64,000 bases of DNA from Phoronis australis (taxonomy: Eukaryota; Animalia; Phoronida), in assembly GCA_002633005.1 (NCBI GenBank), contig NMRA01000313.1, forward strand, positions 62,001-126,000, read 5' to 3'. Positions within the stretch are counted from its first letter, which is position 1. Each line of letters begins with the position of its first letter. Made by a program: the position numbers and the translations under genes. Positions 1-13,719 of the stretch are shown here, piece after piece. The notes under the pieces are model-generated. The model made no database searches. It saw only the letters and a program-made list of their open reading frames with translations, and had not been told where the DNA came from.

Positions 1-665
1 TGTTTCCATTTAAAGGTTCAAATGCTTCTGGAGGCTACAATTTTTTACGTAAAACGTTAAGAATCGGCACAGTGAATGGACCAGAAGTTTGCTACAAGTG
101 TACCGGAAATTGTTTACTTCCGGTTAAAGATAGCGGAAATATCGGTGATCGCGCATGCGCACCTCGATTTTGGCCTAAAAACGTTTTCTCCTCTAGAGGG
201 CGCATTATCGAACCAATTCCTTGGAATTTTTACAGGTATTAGTTTCCTATAACATGCTATTATACAAAGCCGAAAAACCGGAAGTTGCTTTCAAGATGGC
301 GGATATACGCATGTTGACCCATTTTCAGTCGTCTGGGGTGCGATTTTAAACTGGAGGATAAAAAGACGTGATTTTTTGCATGTAGATTCTTTGAAGTATA
401 ATCTTTCAAATGGCCTGTAACAATTTTTTTCTCAGACTTACCGTTTTCGAGTTATTTGACTTTGAATTTCTTAAAAAAACGCAAAATTTCATTTTTTTCG
501 AAAAATTTACGGAATTAGGTGATACCGTCAGTTTAGATAGAATTTTGAACGGGCTTTCAGAAGATGTTTTCCATTTTTCGCTAGGACGTCGACTTTTTGA
601 GTTATTTGAGATTTTCTGATAACGCTGTTCCTTTGTTGAGCGCTCTTGCTGCATTGATGTTGGTT
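1..665. mobile_element. Probable non-autonomous element, truncated at the window edge
   Basis: CpG-richer than surroundings, with a CTCF-like cctctagagggcgc and modules typical of HINE-like repeats (ccgttttcgagttat, ctttttgagttat). No coding signal. Confidence 0.3.
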
Positions 666-744
666 TATCTTCTATTGAACTAGACTGTAGCCTATTTCTT
701 ATTGATTTATGACATCTAAGTTCATCATATGAATGTTGTGATGT

Positions 745-1002
745 TGTTCATCATCGTCACCACCATCATCATAATCGTCATCATCGTCGTCATCTTCGTC
801 ATCATCTCCGTCGTTGTCTTTTCCGTTAATTTCGCCAAGTGTTGCACAAGACTGTATCCTTTTTCTTACTGATTTCGGACTTCTACGTTCGTCATGTGTA
901 TGTTATTATTACTTCTTTAGTTCATCCTCGCTACCATCATCGTCATATTCTTCATCTTCGTCATCATCTTTATCGTCATCAGTTTGGTTAATTTCGCCAA
1001 GG
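745..1002. repeat. (TCA/TCG)n-rich low-complexity tract, two degenerate units
   Basis: catcatcgtc runs; each unit ends in ttaatttcgccaag (~827 and ~988). Confidence 0.7.
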
Positions 1003-2599
1003 TTCGCTCCTCGGAGCGCTTTCATTTTTTATTTTTTTCAACTGTGCCAGCCTGTGATGTCAAATGTGTTCATCAAACTTTGAAATTTGATTATTTTCGA
1101 AAGCATTCTAAAGCACTATACGATTTTTAATGACACACCAAGACCGAAAGAGGCTACCCAGTGGTTTACTGATAATTGTTAGTGAGCTTCATTTAATGTC
1201 TGTTAAGGAATTTACTCGTAAGTGCATTTTTACAGTCCGATACTCTGCCAACAAATTACAAATTAGTTTCATTTACTTATTTCTGTGAAAAATTGTTGTC
1301 CAGGCGTGTTCTGTTCATATCTTGCTGCGCTTCGTTTTCATTAGGTGTAGTCAATCAGTTATAATGCAGAATCTTGTAAAAACGCGTGTTTGTCTGCATA
1401 TACCATTTGTGTTCATACCGGCTAGATGCCCACTCGCAAAATTTCAAACTTTTCACTAAAAACACCCTTGCTCTGCCTGGTGCCAACACCCAAAATATGA
1501 AATCAAGACTTCTTTGAAATCGCCCATTCTTTGTGAACATCTGTAGTGCACAGATTTCAGCTCCCGAAATATGTGAAACGACAACTTTGAGAAAGGAACG
1601 GTCAGATTGTCAGTGGCACATTGTTGCGTTATTCGGGGTGTACCGAACTCTTCTAAACTGTTATGTTTCGCCATTGCAAGTACGTAAGTCCAACATAAAT
1701 ATGTCTTGCTGGACATTTACCCACTTCTAAAGTTTGGGTAAATGCGTCCCCCAACTTGTCAAAGTCATGTTTTCGAACGCTTATGCTCGTCTGAAATGCT
1801 CATCTCTTGATTTTCAAGCTTCCTTGTTTAAGAGCTCTGGGCGTTCACCCGAATTATTATTATTATTCCAATTTACAAATGACCACGGTCTTACATTTAA
1901 TGTTTGCAATGCACTTTCAACATTTGTAATGTTTTGTTGTCTTATTTATAAGCAGTTGCTTTTTAGTAACTTGCAAACTGTGATAATACCAGGAATTTCT
2001 GGGAGCAATCCCCAGGGTGTGTACACGAAGAACGACACCTTTTTACCTTTCCAGTACCCCAGAAGGGAGGTCTGTCCCACTTCCGTAAATAACCGCCTAC
2101 AAATGGAAAATACATCATTCATGATTACTAAGAACTGGCTTAGAATTAGACTGTATGCTTTTTCAAAGAAAATGTCTTGAATCATTGAGGGATTTTCATG
2201 CAGCATGCGCAATATGTCAATTAGTAACTTATTGGTCCAATCTGGGACACGAATCATTAATTTTTAATTGCATTTTCACAGGTTAACTCTAATTCACAGA
2301 TTCATTACTCCAGGGTGGCAGTTGTGTCTATACAGCTATGACTCTTGGGTGTGTTTACAATTAGGTGTATGTTACCTCCAACTGTCTCGGCTCCTGACAT
2401 GTGTTCAATGGAAGGAATTAATGAATTAGTAGAAATTCAGCTCTGAATTTTTTTATTCTGTAGAAATTGAGGTTATTACATCAAGTAGATTTTGTAGCTT
2501 ACTGAGTAAGTATACTGTGAATCGAGAGTGTGGTCCGTCGTCAGTATCTACACTATCACTTATTCACACAGTAATAATTGCCAGTGTTTCCATTTCTCT

Positions 2600-3006
2600 T
2601 AAGTCCCGTCCACACACAGCCTACCCTAAAACAACGTGCACTAGCGCAACTTAACCCACTTTTAAGTGGAGCGCCACACTCTCATCCGATAACTGGGATA
2701 AGACGGAAGTTGTCGTTCTCTGCGTGACACCTGATGCCAAAACCGTACAATGCGCAAACGAAAACCCATCTGTATGTAACCACATCTGATAATTACTTCT
2801 GTCCAACCGTACTTCTGAGGCCACACAGCGATTACAAGCGACGCAAGTTACCCTGGAACAAGTTACCCCACCTGGATAACGTGGAGTAAGTTGTCACAAC
2901 TGGCTGAGTTGCGCTTGTTGATAGCGTGCAGACAGCACTCGAACATAGCGACAACTCGTTCCAGGAATAACTTGTTCTTGGGTTATTCTTTGTGTAGACG
3001 ACGCTA
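2600..3006. mobile_element. Harbinger-like MITE
   Basis: Imperfect TIRs agtcccgtccacacacag / ctttgtgtagacgacgct flanked by tta/taa-like trinucleotides; internal inverted caagtt/aacttg motifs. Confidence 0.45.
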
Positions 3007-4202
3007 AAGGCTGATTTCCATGCTGAGAACAGTGAAAACCAGCAAATGTTTTTTCAGGACGTCCACAGTTCTTTAACTAATCAAGGCTGTACATTGCCCT
3101 CAGGTGTTATATGCTTGCAGGCAATGGTGACCCTATAATAGAGTTGCTCAAAGTGACTGACCTTGTGATTGCTAACAGTATGGAAAGTTACCAGTAGACA
3201 ATAGATTGGATACAAATACTCTGGGGAAACTGTGATTCTCTCCCTTTCAGTTTTTTGTCCTAAATATGCAAGTTACTCAAGGCGTCTGACCAAAAAGTTG
3301 TGACCATGATGTAAGAAAACTTGACTGAACAGACGGTTTTCAACATCTTCCCAATAAAATTCCTCTGTTAATAAGAGTGAATTACAGAGTAAAGGATCTA
3401 AGCCCATCAATAGGACTTAAAAGTTCACTGACATGTACATCCTGAACTTGTTGGGGTTTCTGGTTTTCAGTGTATTTTCAGTCTAACATCGCCAGCTGCG
3501 GGCGATAACTCTCAGTTGGCAAGTTACTCATGAGGATTACCAGGTAAAGTTTCCTCAAATTTGAACCAAAATGATTGCCAAAATTGTCTTTTTCCCGTTT
3601 TTCAAAGCTCATTGCATGGTTATAATGCACAATTTTTTATTGTGTTTGACAGCTGTGCATCCGCAAATAACGAAGTAAAGTTTTCTGCCTGTTTATTTTG
3701 CATGAAATTTTTCATAAAATATGGTTTCTCTGTTCTTCCATATTATGTCCTCAGTTTTTACAAGACAACTTTACCATAACGCTATCCCAGACTGCAGTGT
3801 TGATGGATCAACTATTACAAACTAAGCCAGTACAGTAATGAGACGGACCCGAATAGAAATCTCCTGGAGATAGGAAAACGCCTTGTTGCATTGACCTCAT
3901 TTTAGAAATGTTGGGCTCATTCTAGGAATCGTGCCGGAAATATAGCATCCACAGATACTACTTTCTGCCGTTAGAGAGTTGCAGTCCATAACATAGCAGT
4001 AAAACTTCGCTGATTCCGTATGGAATGCCATACAGTCAATGCAGTCAAGAAAAAATTGAAAAGCCAAATCACTAACAAATAACATAACAAAAAAAGAGGC
4101 CACATAACTACTTGATGGATGATGTAGCATTATGGGTAAATATGTACAGCGCAGTTCAGTTGCCGTATAACGCGGAACCATCCTAATGACGGAAATTTTT
4201 AA

Positions 4203-4583
4203 TTTTTATGCGCCCACATATGTATATGTGGTCGCATGCAGCTGTCATCTCTGTCTGGGTGTCCGGCGTCAGCGGCTGTATCTCCTAAACCCCTTGCAGG
4301 ATCGTATTGAAATTTGGCAGGTGTGTTTCTATGGGGTCTAGGACAGAGGGTGACGAGTTTCGGACCCGAATACGGCTGTGCCCCCTACTGGCAATTTCAT
4401 TTTTTTTTGTTTTCCTCTCTTTCTCTGAAGTTCCTCGGCGAATTTTTATTAAAGTTGGTAAATGGCTCTCTTTTAAAGACACATTTTTTTGGTTTTCAGA
4501 TGGATTCAATGTATTTTGCGCCATCTAGTGACCATTTGCGATGCATTCGTGGGCGCATTTCGACGCTCTGCATTGCTCTTGTT
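4203..4583 (-). mobile_element. Helentron-associated non-autonomous element (HINE / DINE-1-like), short copy
   Basis: Terminal hairpin atgcgcccacata-tgta-tatgtggtcgcat next to a T run; subterminal inverted copy gtgggcgcat at 4549-4558; other end ..cattgctcttgtt. Same ends as 51580-52805 in opposite orientation. Confidence 0.7.
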
Positions 4584-4589
4584 ATTTTT

Positions 4590-5247
4590 GTGGAGATTAC
4601 TTTGGCAAAACATATGTTTTGCTCATGTGCCACACTGTGTGTTACATAGGTGAAAAGATACACAACATGGACATGAGACGTGTCAAGGAAAGTTGCTCTG
4701 CTTTCATTAAGCTTATGAAGGATCCTAGAATAATATCCAAATTTGGCTAAGTTCGGAACATCCTGTTTCAAAAATGGCTTATTGGATTCTTTTAAAACTT
4801 CCGTATACTGTTCCTTGTAGTGTTCCCAAAAGGCTGTTGGGAATGGTTTTTGAAATGGTCCACTTTTGCATGAAGGTCTATGAAAAATAGGACTTTATAA
4901 TTATCAAGAAAAACTCTATTAAGTTTCATAAAATGATTACAAAATGTTTTTTTAAAAAACTCTTAGCAGCATTTTTGAGATCACATCATTATTTTTTCAA
5001 ATAAAATTTGGTCATGTGCTGATCAACAATGCTTTGCTATCAATGTACTACCTTTCTTTTCGCTAAATTTCACTGAGAAGACGTAGTCACGTGACTCGAG
5101 TAATGGAAAATTGGTAAAAAGTCAGAAATCAAATTCTACAAACTTTCTAGTTTCAGAAAATACATACTTTTACGGAGTTAAAATCTATATATTTTGAATA
5201 TTTAGCTAATTATGCAGAGCTGTTAATATGGTCCTACATAACCTTAT
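4590..5247 (+). repeat. Interspersed repeat family, copy 1 of 3 (others ~7684-8170 + and ~29280-29760 -)
   Basis: Shared blocks ggaacatc..tcaaaaatggct..ggattc and tttctagtttcagaaaatacatactt. The ends ttaaggttatgt (7684) and acataacctta (5236) suggest a TTAA-type MITE. Confidence 0.5.
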
Positions 5248-5384
5248 ATTGGTATTCATGAAGAAATTGGTGAATTGATGGCATTGCAAGTGGAGAAAAG
5301 TACGTATGTTGTAGCATGGTATCATAAAATGTTCTGGTTTGTAATGTGTTGCGAAAGAAAAGAGGCTCCGTTCTGTTCAATGCC

Positions 5385-5490
5385 TGTGTGTGTTTGTGTG
5401 TGTGTGTGTGTGTGTGNNNNNNNNNNNNNNNNNNNNNNNNNNNNNNNNNNNNNNNNNTGTGTGTGTGTGTGTATTTGTGTGTGTGTGTGA
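5385..5490. repeat. (TG)n microsatellite spanning an assembly gap
   Basis: TG repeats on both sides of an N run (5417-5457). Confidence 0.95.
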
Positions 5491-5854
5491 GTGTATTTGT
5501 GGTCAGACTAACTGGCAGGAAGTGACTGTGGATGAAGATGATGTCATTGTTTCCCATCCTTAAGTCCTTATCTCAGTCACCTAACCTATCCTCTAAAACA
5601 GTAGGCAAAGTGCAGACATTGACTTTATTATAGGTTAATGGTTAATAGAGCCTGAAGATTTACTAGGCTTTTTGATGGTTTATTTGCAAGAATACATTTC
5701 TGGTAGTGAAAGTTCCCTGGTTGTTGGTGAACCCTTAAACCCCCATTTCTGAAAGAGAATATCATAGAATTTAGTATTCTGAGTGAACACACACTAGGGC
5801 CGCAACAATGTAGACCAGGAGAATCTTGTATACCTCTGTTATTTCAAAAAACGT

Positions 5855-6420
5855 TTTTGATTGTCCGCTGCAGTGCGTTAGCGTGAAGCAAGGGACATAG
5901 TATTCAGGAGTATATGTTCGTATGTCATGTAATGTTGTTGTGGTCATTCTCTAGAAGGAAGCTGTGGATTTTTTTCTTATTTTGGACTGTGTAGATGGGA
6001 CATCTCAATGGACTGGTAGATTTTGGTGACCTTACATCATTTTCAAGGTCACAGCAAGAAAATCAAGCTTTTTACCTAGTTAATGTAGGTGCGATATCTC
6101 TAGAGAGAAGCTGTAGATTTTGTTCATATTTTGTACCAAGCCGTGGGTGGGACATCTCTAAGCGGCAGTCGATCTCGGTGACCTTGACATCATTGTAAAG
6201 GTCACTGTGAGAAAATCGACTTTACATAGAAAATGTTGGTGCCGCGATATCTCCTGAGAAAAGCTGGAGATTTTGTTTGTATTTTGTACTTAGGTGTATG
6301 TAGTTGTTACCTAGAAACGTCCATACGTCACACGATGTTGTTGATGCAATATCTTTAACAGGAAGCCACAAGTATTGTTCATGTTTTTATAATTGTGTCA
6401 ACCTACATCTCTAATATTTG
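5855..6420. mobile_element. HINE-like element of a second family with ~120-150-bp internal subrepeats
   Basis: Begins after a T run; repeated modules agaagctgt(a/g)gattttgttcatatttt ... ggtgacctt...aaggtcac at about 5955, 6105 and 6260. Confidence 0.45.
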
Positions 6421-9400
6421 AAAATTCAGTAGTGATTAGTCAGTTTTTTTGATAAATTACTGTTTGTTTCTCAGCATTTCTATCAAGTTAATTGTGTATA
6501 ACGTTTTATTGAAGTCAAGCTCCATGTAGGAAGCCATGTCTGGGGTAGAACAGAAATTTCTCCAGTTCTTGTCTAATCACCTGTGGTATAGCAATATGTC
6601 ACAAAAGTATAGGCACAAAATATTCTCTAATTGCCATAATTGGGTTATTGTTTGCTAGTAGTTCCATAAACTCAGTGAAAGAACCTAATATCAAGATTAT
6701 CACAATTATTGCAATTGTCATGAGAAATTGACTTATATGAATGTCTCATGGCACTTTCAAGTCTGCACATCTGTTTGAGTTTGTAACCATTTTCCTTAAG
6801 AAAACCCCAATCAACGCTTTCATTGTTTATAGGTGCCAGGCAAATAAAGATGTTGATTTAGCCATATGTAGGTGTTGTGGAAATCTTGGTTACAGTTGCT
6901 ACATGATGTTGTAAGTTTGACCAGGTCAGGCAGGGTAAACCACCAGTGACGTAGTTACGAGTATCTGTCTTGCTGGATTACCATGTAGACAGCATAATAC
7001 GTTTTTGATGTATTTGTTCTGTAGTGTAAAGGAGGGGGAAGCAAGGGGTCTACCACCTGCCACCGGTTTTGTTAGACCAATGCTATGCTTAGCTATGTTT
7101 TTTCAAATCTCCTGTGAGAGAAAAATTGGTTGACGTCGGCGAATTGAGCAAACTTCTGTTGTACAACTTTTTGGTGTTGTGAGAGCACAAAATGAAGTTC
7201 CTCTTGATTCATACTCAGTGTGTAATAAAAACAGACCACGTTAATGTATGACATGCCATTCCTTTTATCTGTGGGTATTATTTGAACATTGTCATGTGAA
7301 CATCCTACAACACAACTGGTAGTTTTATTGCATAATGATCACAGAATTTTAAAAAATGCATTAATTCCTCTGCTTCAAAAGTCGTCCACATCGTCCGTGT
7401 AGTGTAAGTTGCACTGAACGTGTCACGTCAAACACTCTTACGCCATCTAATGGGGAAACATCGTATTTCAATTTAATTTGGAAAATGGCTGTTAGGCACA
7501 TTGCAATAAATCTACATTTAAAATTTATTATTTAGATCTAATTAATACTTGGTAACAGAGCCTTGAGTCAGTCTTGTCGACTCTTGTGACAGCAAATTTT
7601 AGATATTAAAACTGAATCTGCATTAATTACAGATTTGCTGTTATTGTGTAATTATGCTTTGGCACAAACAAGGTATAGGCTATTTAAGGTTATGTTCAGT
7701 AAAACCATAGTAAAATTCCATGTTCAGAACATTATATCTCAAAAATTGTTGATCAAATTCAAATGAACCTTTCAGATATTCTGTGCTTTATGCATTGTTT
7801 TCCAAAGCATGGTTAGCTATTGCTTTTAAATTGATCCTATTTTGTAAGAAGGTTTGTAAAAAATAGCACTTACCGGTATGTGATTTTTATGAAAAAGCTT
7901 AGAAGTTACTTTAAAGGGAAACTGAATGATTATTTAGGAAATTGCAACAGTGTTTTGAAATTTCAAAGACTTAATTTAATGCAATTTGATCACGTGATTG
8001 ATGCTGTTAGTTTGCTCTGCATGTAACTTTCTTTTTGTTAAAGTTTACTAAAAAGATGTGGTCTTATGACAGATGCATTGGTATAATCACAAATAAAATT
8101 TGGCGGGTTTTCTACTTTCAGAAAATATATACTTATACAGTATAATTATGTAGGTGTTTGACTGAGTAAACCTTTGAGAGTTGTGTGTCACAAAGTCTTA
8201 GCTCAAATGATGGCAAAAATGATACATTTAGTGATGGAAACTCCTACCCAAGTTGATATTGATAAAGCCTAGGGACCGGCTAATCCAACTTTTCACCTGA
8301 ATCCCCATGAAAGATTCTGTTCCAACACAGGCTAAACTCAAACAAACAATATTTGGGAAGCCAGAAAAAACAGGTACGTACCTGAAACAATGTAATGGAA
8401 AACCTGACTGGATACAATTAACATTTTTGCCAACTCTCTACCATGCAAGTTTTGATATCGATGATACCAGAAAGCCAAAATAGACACAATAGGTGATACT
8501 TGTCTGATACCGTAGTTCTAAATATTCACCCATCCGAGTAATAGAGGCTTGATCCTTCTGTGATCCCTTCTATTGGAGACTTCCACTGGTCAGAGACAAC
8601 TCTACCATGGCACATTAGCCATGTGAGAAGGGACAGCAAAGCTTAGCCATTTTCCCAAGACCATACCTGGTGTTGGTAGCTCTTTCCTTGTATGGGTAAC
8701 TGCCCTGATGGTCATATGCAAAGAAATTGGGAAATCTCACCTAAATTCAGTTTGCGCATTGCCATGCCACAAAATCGCCAATTTCATATCAAAAACACCA
8801 AACCCCCCACCAGTCAGGTGATCAGCTGTCAAATTGGAGCACCTGCCAAAAGTATCTCATAATTGCCACTCATTTTCAGTGGGTTAGTAAAGAACTGCGA
8901 GGCATTGCATTTGTGGTGGTTGTTACAACTCAGCAATTTTGAGCACCTTGTGACTTTTCACTTTCCCATGAGACATCAGAAAGGTGTAGATATGGCACAA
9001 GTTTGCACAAGAAACTTGTATGTTGGTTGACAAGACACTCTGGCTCTGGGTATGTTCATTTGTTACACTCAGGCCTATGGAGCTCAGAAACTTTTGTTTT
9101 TCTATTTTGCTTTTGGGATATTTAATTCACAGTTGTGATTTGCAGCGTTATAAAGGAAGGTTTAATTATGCTTGCAATATAGTCATTGGTCAAAACGAGA
9201 TAAAATTTGGCTTTAAGCACTTTAATAAAGGTGGCCACATTAACAATGACACACAAGTATCAAGCGAAATTTTATAATCCCTGATCTTTCTTCTTTGAGA
9301 AAATATATACTTTTACCAGTTGACACTGCCTAGGTTATCTGGTTATTGACTTTTGAATTGCTGTTCCTCAGTAAGTTGCTACATAACATTAAGCACACCT

Positions 9401-10943
9401 GCCTATGCCTGGTCACAGAATCTGAGGTACAGTTCAGTGATCTTGACTGGTTGGCCAACAAAGAGTTCATTTCAAAGAGTTCACAGGTATCAGATTCTGT
9501 AGAATGTGTGTAATTATTTAATCTCCTTGGGGAATCTAAAGTGTAGATAGGAGTTCATCTGGCTGGTTGCTTTGATATTTTACAGCAGAGCATTCACCTT
9601 GTGAGTTTTATAGAAAAGGAATCTGTTCATGATACAAAGGTTGCAGATGAATTTTCTGATTGATTTGTGTCAATCAGTTTTGCAAATTAGCTCTATCATC
9701 AATGGAAGTTTTCAGGCAATTGGCGAAATTTGTTGCAATATTGAACACAGATTTTGGAATATGCCTTGGAAATGGTGAATACGTGGCATTAATCTGATGT
9801 GTTTTGAATTATTAATGTTGCTGCCAAAATCATCAGCCATTAAGGTTGCCTTAGTCACATTTCAAAAATGTAGTTTTAAACTAAGAAGTAAAATCGCTGT
9901 TAACCCTTATTAGTGGTTTTTTCATATCGGTGAACCAGGAGGACAAATGGTGGCAGACTAGTAGAGAATTGATGGAAACCTCAGGAGAGTTGGCAGCGAT
10001 AGGCTTGGGAATTGGTGGCACTCAGTGTTGAGAATTGAAAGTGACCAGAGAATAAACTAAACTCTGTCGTAATACGTGATACTTGAAAAAATCGTGGAAA
10101 TCAAGTTTACATCCGTGAACTCTGACACACATCCCCCTTCAGCAATTCCATGTTGGTGGTGGTTTGATAAAAGTGGTTTTAGCTGGTCTCGGGTTTCACA
10201 TGTGGTCATTTTGTTATTATTTTTATCTAGTGATAAAGTAGTAATCACTCTGTCGCTGTGTGTCACCCACTGAAGTGGGTATAGCTATAGTTAGACCAAA
10301 TGAAGTTTGCATGTTTGATTAATTAAAAATGGTTTCAATATTAATTCAGTTATAAAACTTTAAATAGGTTCCGGGAAAATTCACTACAGACTGCATGTGT
10401 CTTTCTTTTACAAAATCATTTGTCACATTATGTATGCTTGTTTTAGTATCTTTTATTTATAAACTGTTACAATAAGTAGGCCATTGATTGTCAAGCTATT
10501 TTTGGGTGTACCCAGTTTCAAAATAGCATGTGTCTGTAGTTTTGTTAGGCATAAATTAAAAGATAGGAGAAAACTTGATACAATCTTTGAAAGCTATCAG
10601 TGAGACCTGCCAATTGATGTATTAATTATTTCCCTAGGCTGAACATTTTTTTCACAATTGATCAAAATGTTCTCTGATTGTACGTCCGCACAAATGGAAT
10701 TGCTCGTGGACTTCCTCTGAGTACTCTTGTAGAAGAGAAGGCAGGTCCTGGTGGAAGGCGCCCTAAGTTAAAATTGGACTGCACATGGTTTGGTACAGCT
10801 TCAAAAAAGATCAAACAAGTTTAAAACTGTTAAACACGCCACCAATAACAAATTTAGCAATAACACGCATTGAATTCATATATTTTATTCCATTTGCAGC
10901 ATATTTGCTGAAGTTCACGGATCAACTCTTTTATATCTTACAG

Positions 10944-11099
10944 GTGCTGTTAGTTTCAAGTAGTAAAGACTCGGAGTTGTATGTGGTGCCCGGGGGTGGT
11001 ATAGAGCCTTTGGAAGAGGAGCGACTGGCAGCCGTCCGGGAGCTATTGGAGGAGGCTGGTGTTAGGGGAGTGGTCAAGAAGGAACTGGGTGTGTTTGAG
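10944..11099 (+). CDS. NUDT3/4-like: DIPP / NUDT3-4-like diphosphoinositol-polyphosphate phosphohydrolase, internal exon carrying the Nudix box
   Basis: Acceptor ttacag|GTG, donor GAG|gtaggt. 156 nt encode VLLVSSSKDSELYVVPGGGIEPLEEERLAAVRELLEEAGVRGVVKKELGVFE, with the Nudix box GX5EX7REUXEEXGU and the DIPP-typical VLLVSSS and PGGG motifs. Confidence 0.95.
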
Positions 11100-12434
11100 G
11101 TAGGTGAAGGTGACGTGATTAGGTGCTGCCATGTGGCAAAACAGAAGTTTAGTATTTTGCATCGTATTCAAGAAGCATTGATTGACTTATTTTCCTGAAC
11201 ATGACCATCATTTTTGAACAAATGAGATATGGTTTTTAAATACGCCAAGTCACTGGCTCCTTTATATATGGAAAAGTTCCCGGCCTTAAGGAGAACTGAG
11301 GCAGACATTTTTCTTAATCAAATGAAGGCAAAATATCAATTTCTGTGACAATTTAAAACCAAAACGAGACAATTCTACCGTTGCAAGTTTCTATTGCCAA
11401 AATTCTGTGATTTAGGTGGGGTTTTTAGACCTGCATAACTTGCTGAGCCATAGTGCAACAGAAGTTCCATTCTAACCTCAGGGTTCTTCAGGCCTCAATT
11501 TTGCGGTCTCATTCCCCTATCAAAAATTTTTTTTTATCATGCAAAATTCCCCTGATCTTGCCTAAAATTTGCCTCACAGAAAATCCTCTTTTGCAAAATA
11601 GTGCAGTAGGGTTCTTGAGATATTGCCAATGATGTCAGGCCACTGGGCCAGGATCTTGTCACCATGTGGACCATAAATTTTTTAACTTTCTGACTGCTTG
11701 ATAGCTGACCTAGAACACTTGATTAACTTGGTGGTCATTTAGAATCATAGTAGGTGCCACATGTCCGCTGTTATCTGGAAGTTGACAGGATGGTTGGAGG
11801 TACTTCAGTTATAATCGAGGTCACTGTCCTGAAGCTGGGACTGACTATGATGTAGAACCTGCAGTGCAGCCATTGTCACTTGCACCAGATAATTTATGCT
11901 CACCTCATTGAGGGGACTGGCTTTATTGATAAAAGATAACACTTTTGGGTGGAACGTTTCTGATAAGTGCCTGTCTTGATGGTTTTGTGTGGTGCTCCGC
12001 TGTATCCGGGATGGGATGGCGTTTTGCGCAGTTTTCAGGACCATTCAAGGCAATTGTCAGTGTGCAAGATAAGGTGAACTAAATCTTACTGTATGCTTTT
12101 GTAACATACAGAAGGCTCCCTTAGACAATGCGTTGTTAAGGTTTTTAACAGAATCTTTTGGTTTGAGTACGCAAAAGAAAGTCAAACAAGTGAAACCAAT
12201 TGAGAATTTAAATAAAAAAATGATTTCATATATGTATTTTACCAGCGCTTGTCTTGATCCCAGCGCCCAACAGACATTACAAAAAGTAGTCAGTCATACT
12301 TTTATTGACTATTGTTGAAAAGAGGCCACTCATCAACATGCTAGGGTACTTGAACTCGACTGGAAGGCCTGACTGTCTGATGTAATACCATCTCACCCAA
12401 AGTACCATTTATCGTTCTCTATACTTTCTTTATC

Positions 12435-12850
12435 CAGGTTATCACATTTTTAGAATTAAGCATCTTGTGGTTGGCAGATAGATATACATTGTCCTTTCTT
12501 ATCATGTTTTTGAGAAACAAATATGTTCTTTTCGTTTAAATGCATTTCTTAAGATTTCCCCACTTTACATGTCCTTGTTATCATTTTCGAAAAATAAATA
12601 CCACACAGTATTTGTCAAAATGTATTTCCGATTTCCTTGCCTTCGTCATTGTTTTGAGAAATTTAAAATACCACATTTTCTCCTGGACATGAAGTGGTGT
12701 TTCGTACTACGTTTCCACTTTTTCCTTATTGTATTTTGACAAATAAATACCACGTGCTTTGTTCACTAAAATGTTTTTTTCATAATTCCATCGCTTTCTG
12801 TACTGCGGCTATCGTATCTTTGTGAAATAAATACCATGTGTTATGGTCGT
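12435..12850. repeat. Degenerate ~60-85-bp minisatellite, about 6 units
   Basis: Recurring ttatca..tttt(g)a..aaataaataccac motif at ~12439, 12498, 12578, 12645, 12726 and 12810. Confidence 0.6.
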
Positions 12851-13719
12851 TTATGAGATTAACCTGGTGAACTGTACCTTGAATTTACCTGACTGATGTT
12901 CTCCCCAGGTGCCCATTAGGGAGGTATGCTGAACTCATCCACTGTTAGGTGTTTCATGCAATAGGACATAATACAGAGCTCAGTCCAGCAAAATCAAATC
13001 CTTATGTCCAAGTTCAAGGTAAACTTCACAGCAGTACTCCGCTGTGTTCCTTTGAGTGCAGTGAGTGGTGAGTTCCCACGTCCCGGATTCAACTTTCTCT
13101 TAGTGGAGGTAGAGAAATGCATTGTATGATTAGCCTAGTTTTCAAAATGTAAGGTCACTAACATGTTTTGGAGCTTAGTCTGACCGTCAGTTGAAAAGGA
13201 TTAGGCTGCGATGGTTTTGGAATGACAACCTGACTGGAACACCCAGTTAAATTGAGATTTTCTTTTATCCATGAATTTCCTTCTTCTCAATCTTAATGCT
13301 TCATCCCTGTTACATACGGGTTTGTCTTAATGCTTACCCCTGACATTTCAACCTTTAAATGCCCATGGTATGCTTAGCACCCACTTCCTATTCTTAAAAG
13401 TTCCGGGAGTCTCTGTGAACGCCCATATCACAAAAAATTTTAGCTCCCAAAACTCGCTTAGCTTTGAGTAATAATCATTTTCTGTCGTATCTTGTCATAT
13501 TCTGGCTAGAAAATAACTGTTGCTTTTAGCCATCCTTGCTCGGCTTAATGTCCTCCCTCCAATTTCTCAATTTAAGCACCCAGAGTTGTAACCCAGATGA
13601 GTGAAGTATCTTGTTATACTGTTTACCTCCACCAGTCAACATGTAAAAAACATAAAGTTTAACAATTTGCTGTTGTTGGTGTTTTCCAATCGACTTGGGC
13701 TATTGTTGGATAAAGGAGG

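Noticed and set aside
814-1083. Ser-rich ORF
   Set aside because: Translation of a (TCA/TCG)n low-complexity tract with no splice or homology support.
9463-9483. Nuclear-receptor direct repeat AGTTCA-n8-AGTTCA
   Set aside because: A single short motif pair is expected by chance in 64 kb, and no conservation data are available.
10785-11198. 137-aa single-exon Nudix ORF from the ORF track
   Set aside because: Only 10944-11099 is homologous and bounded by AG/GT; the flanking residues are translated intron.
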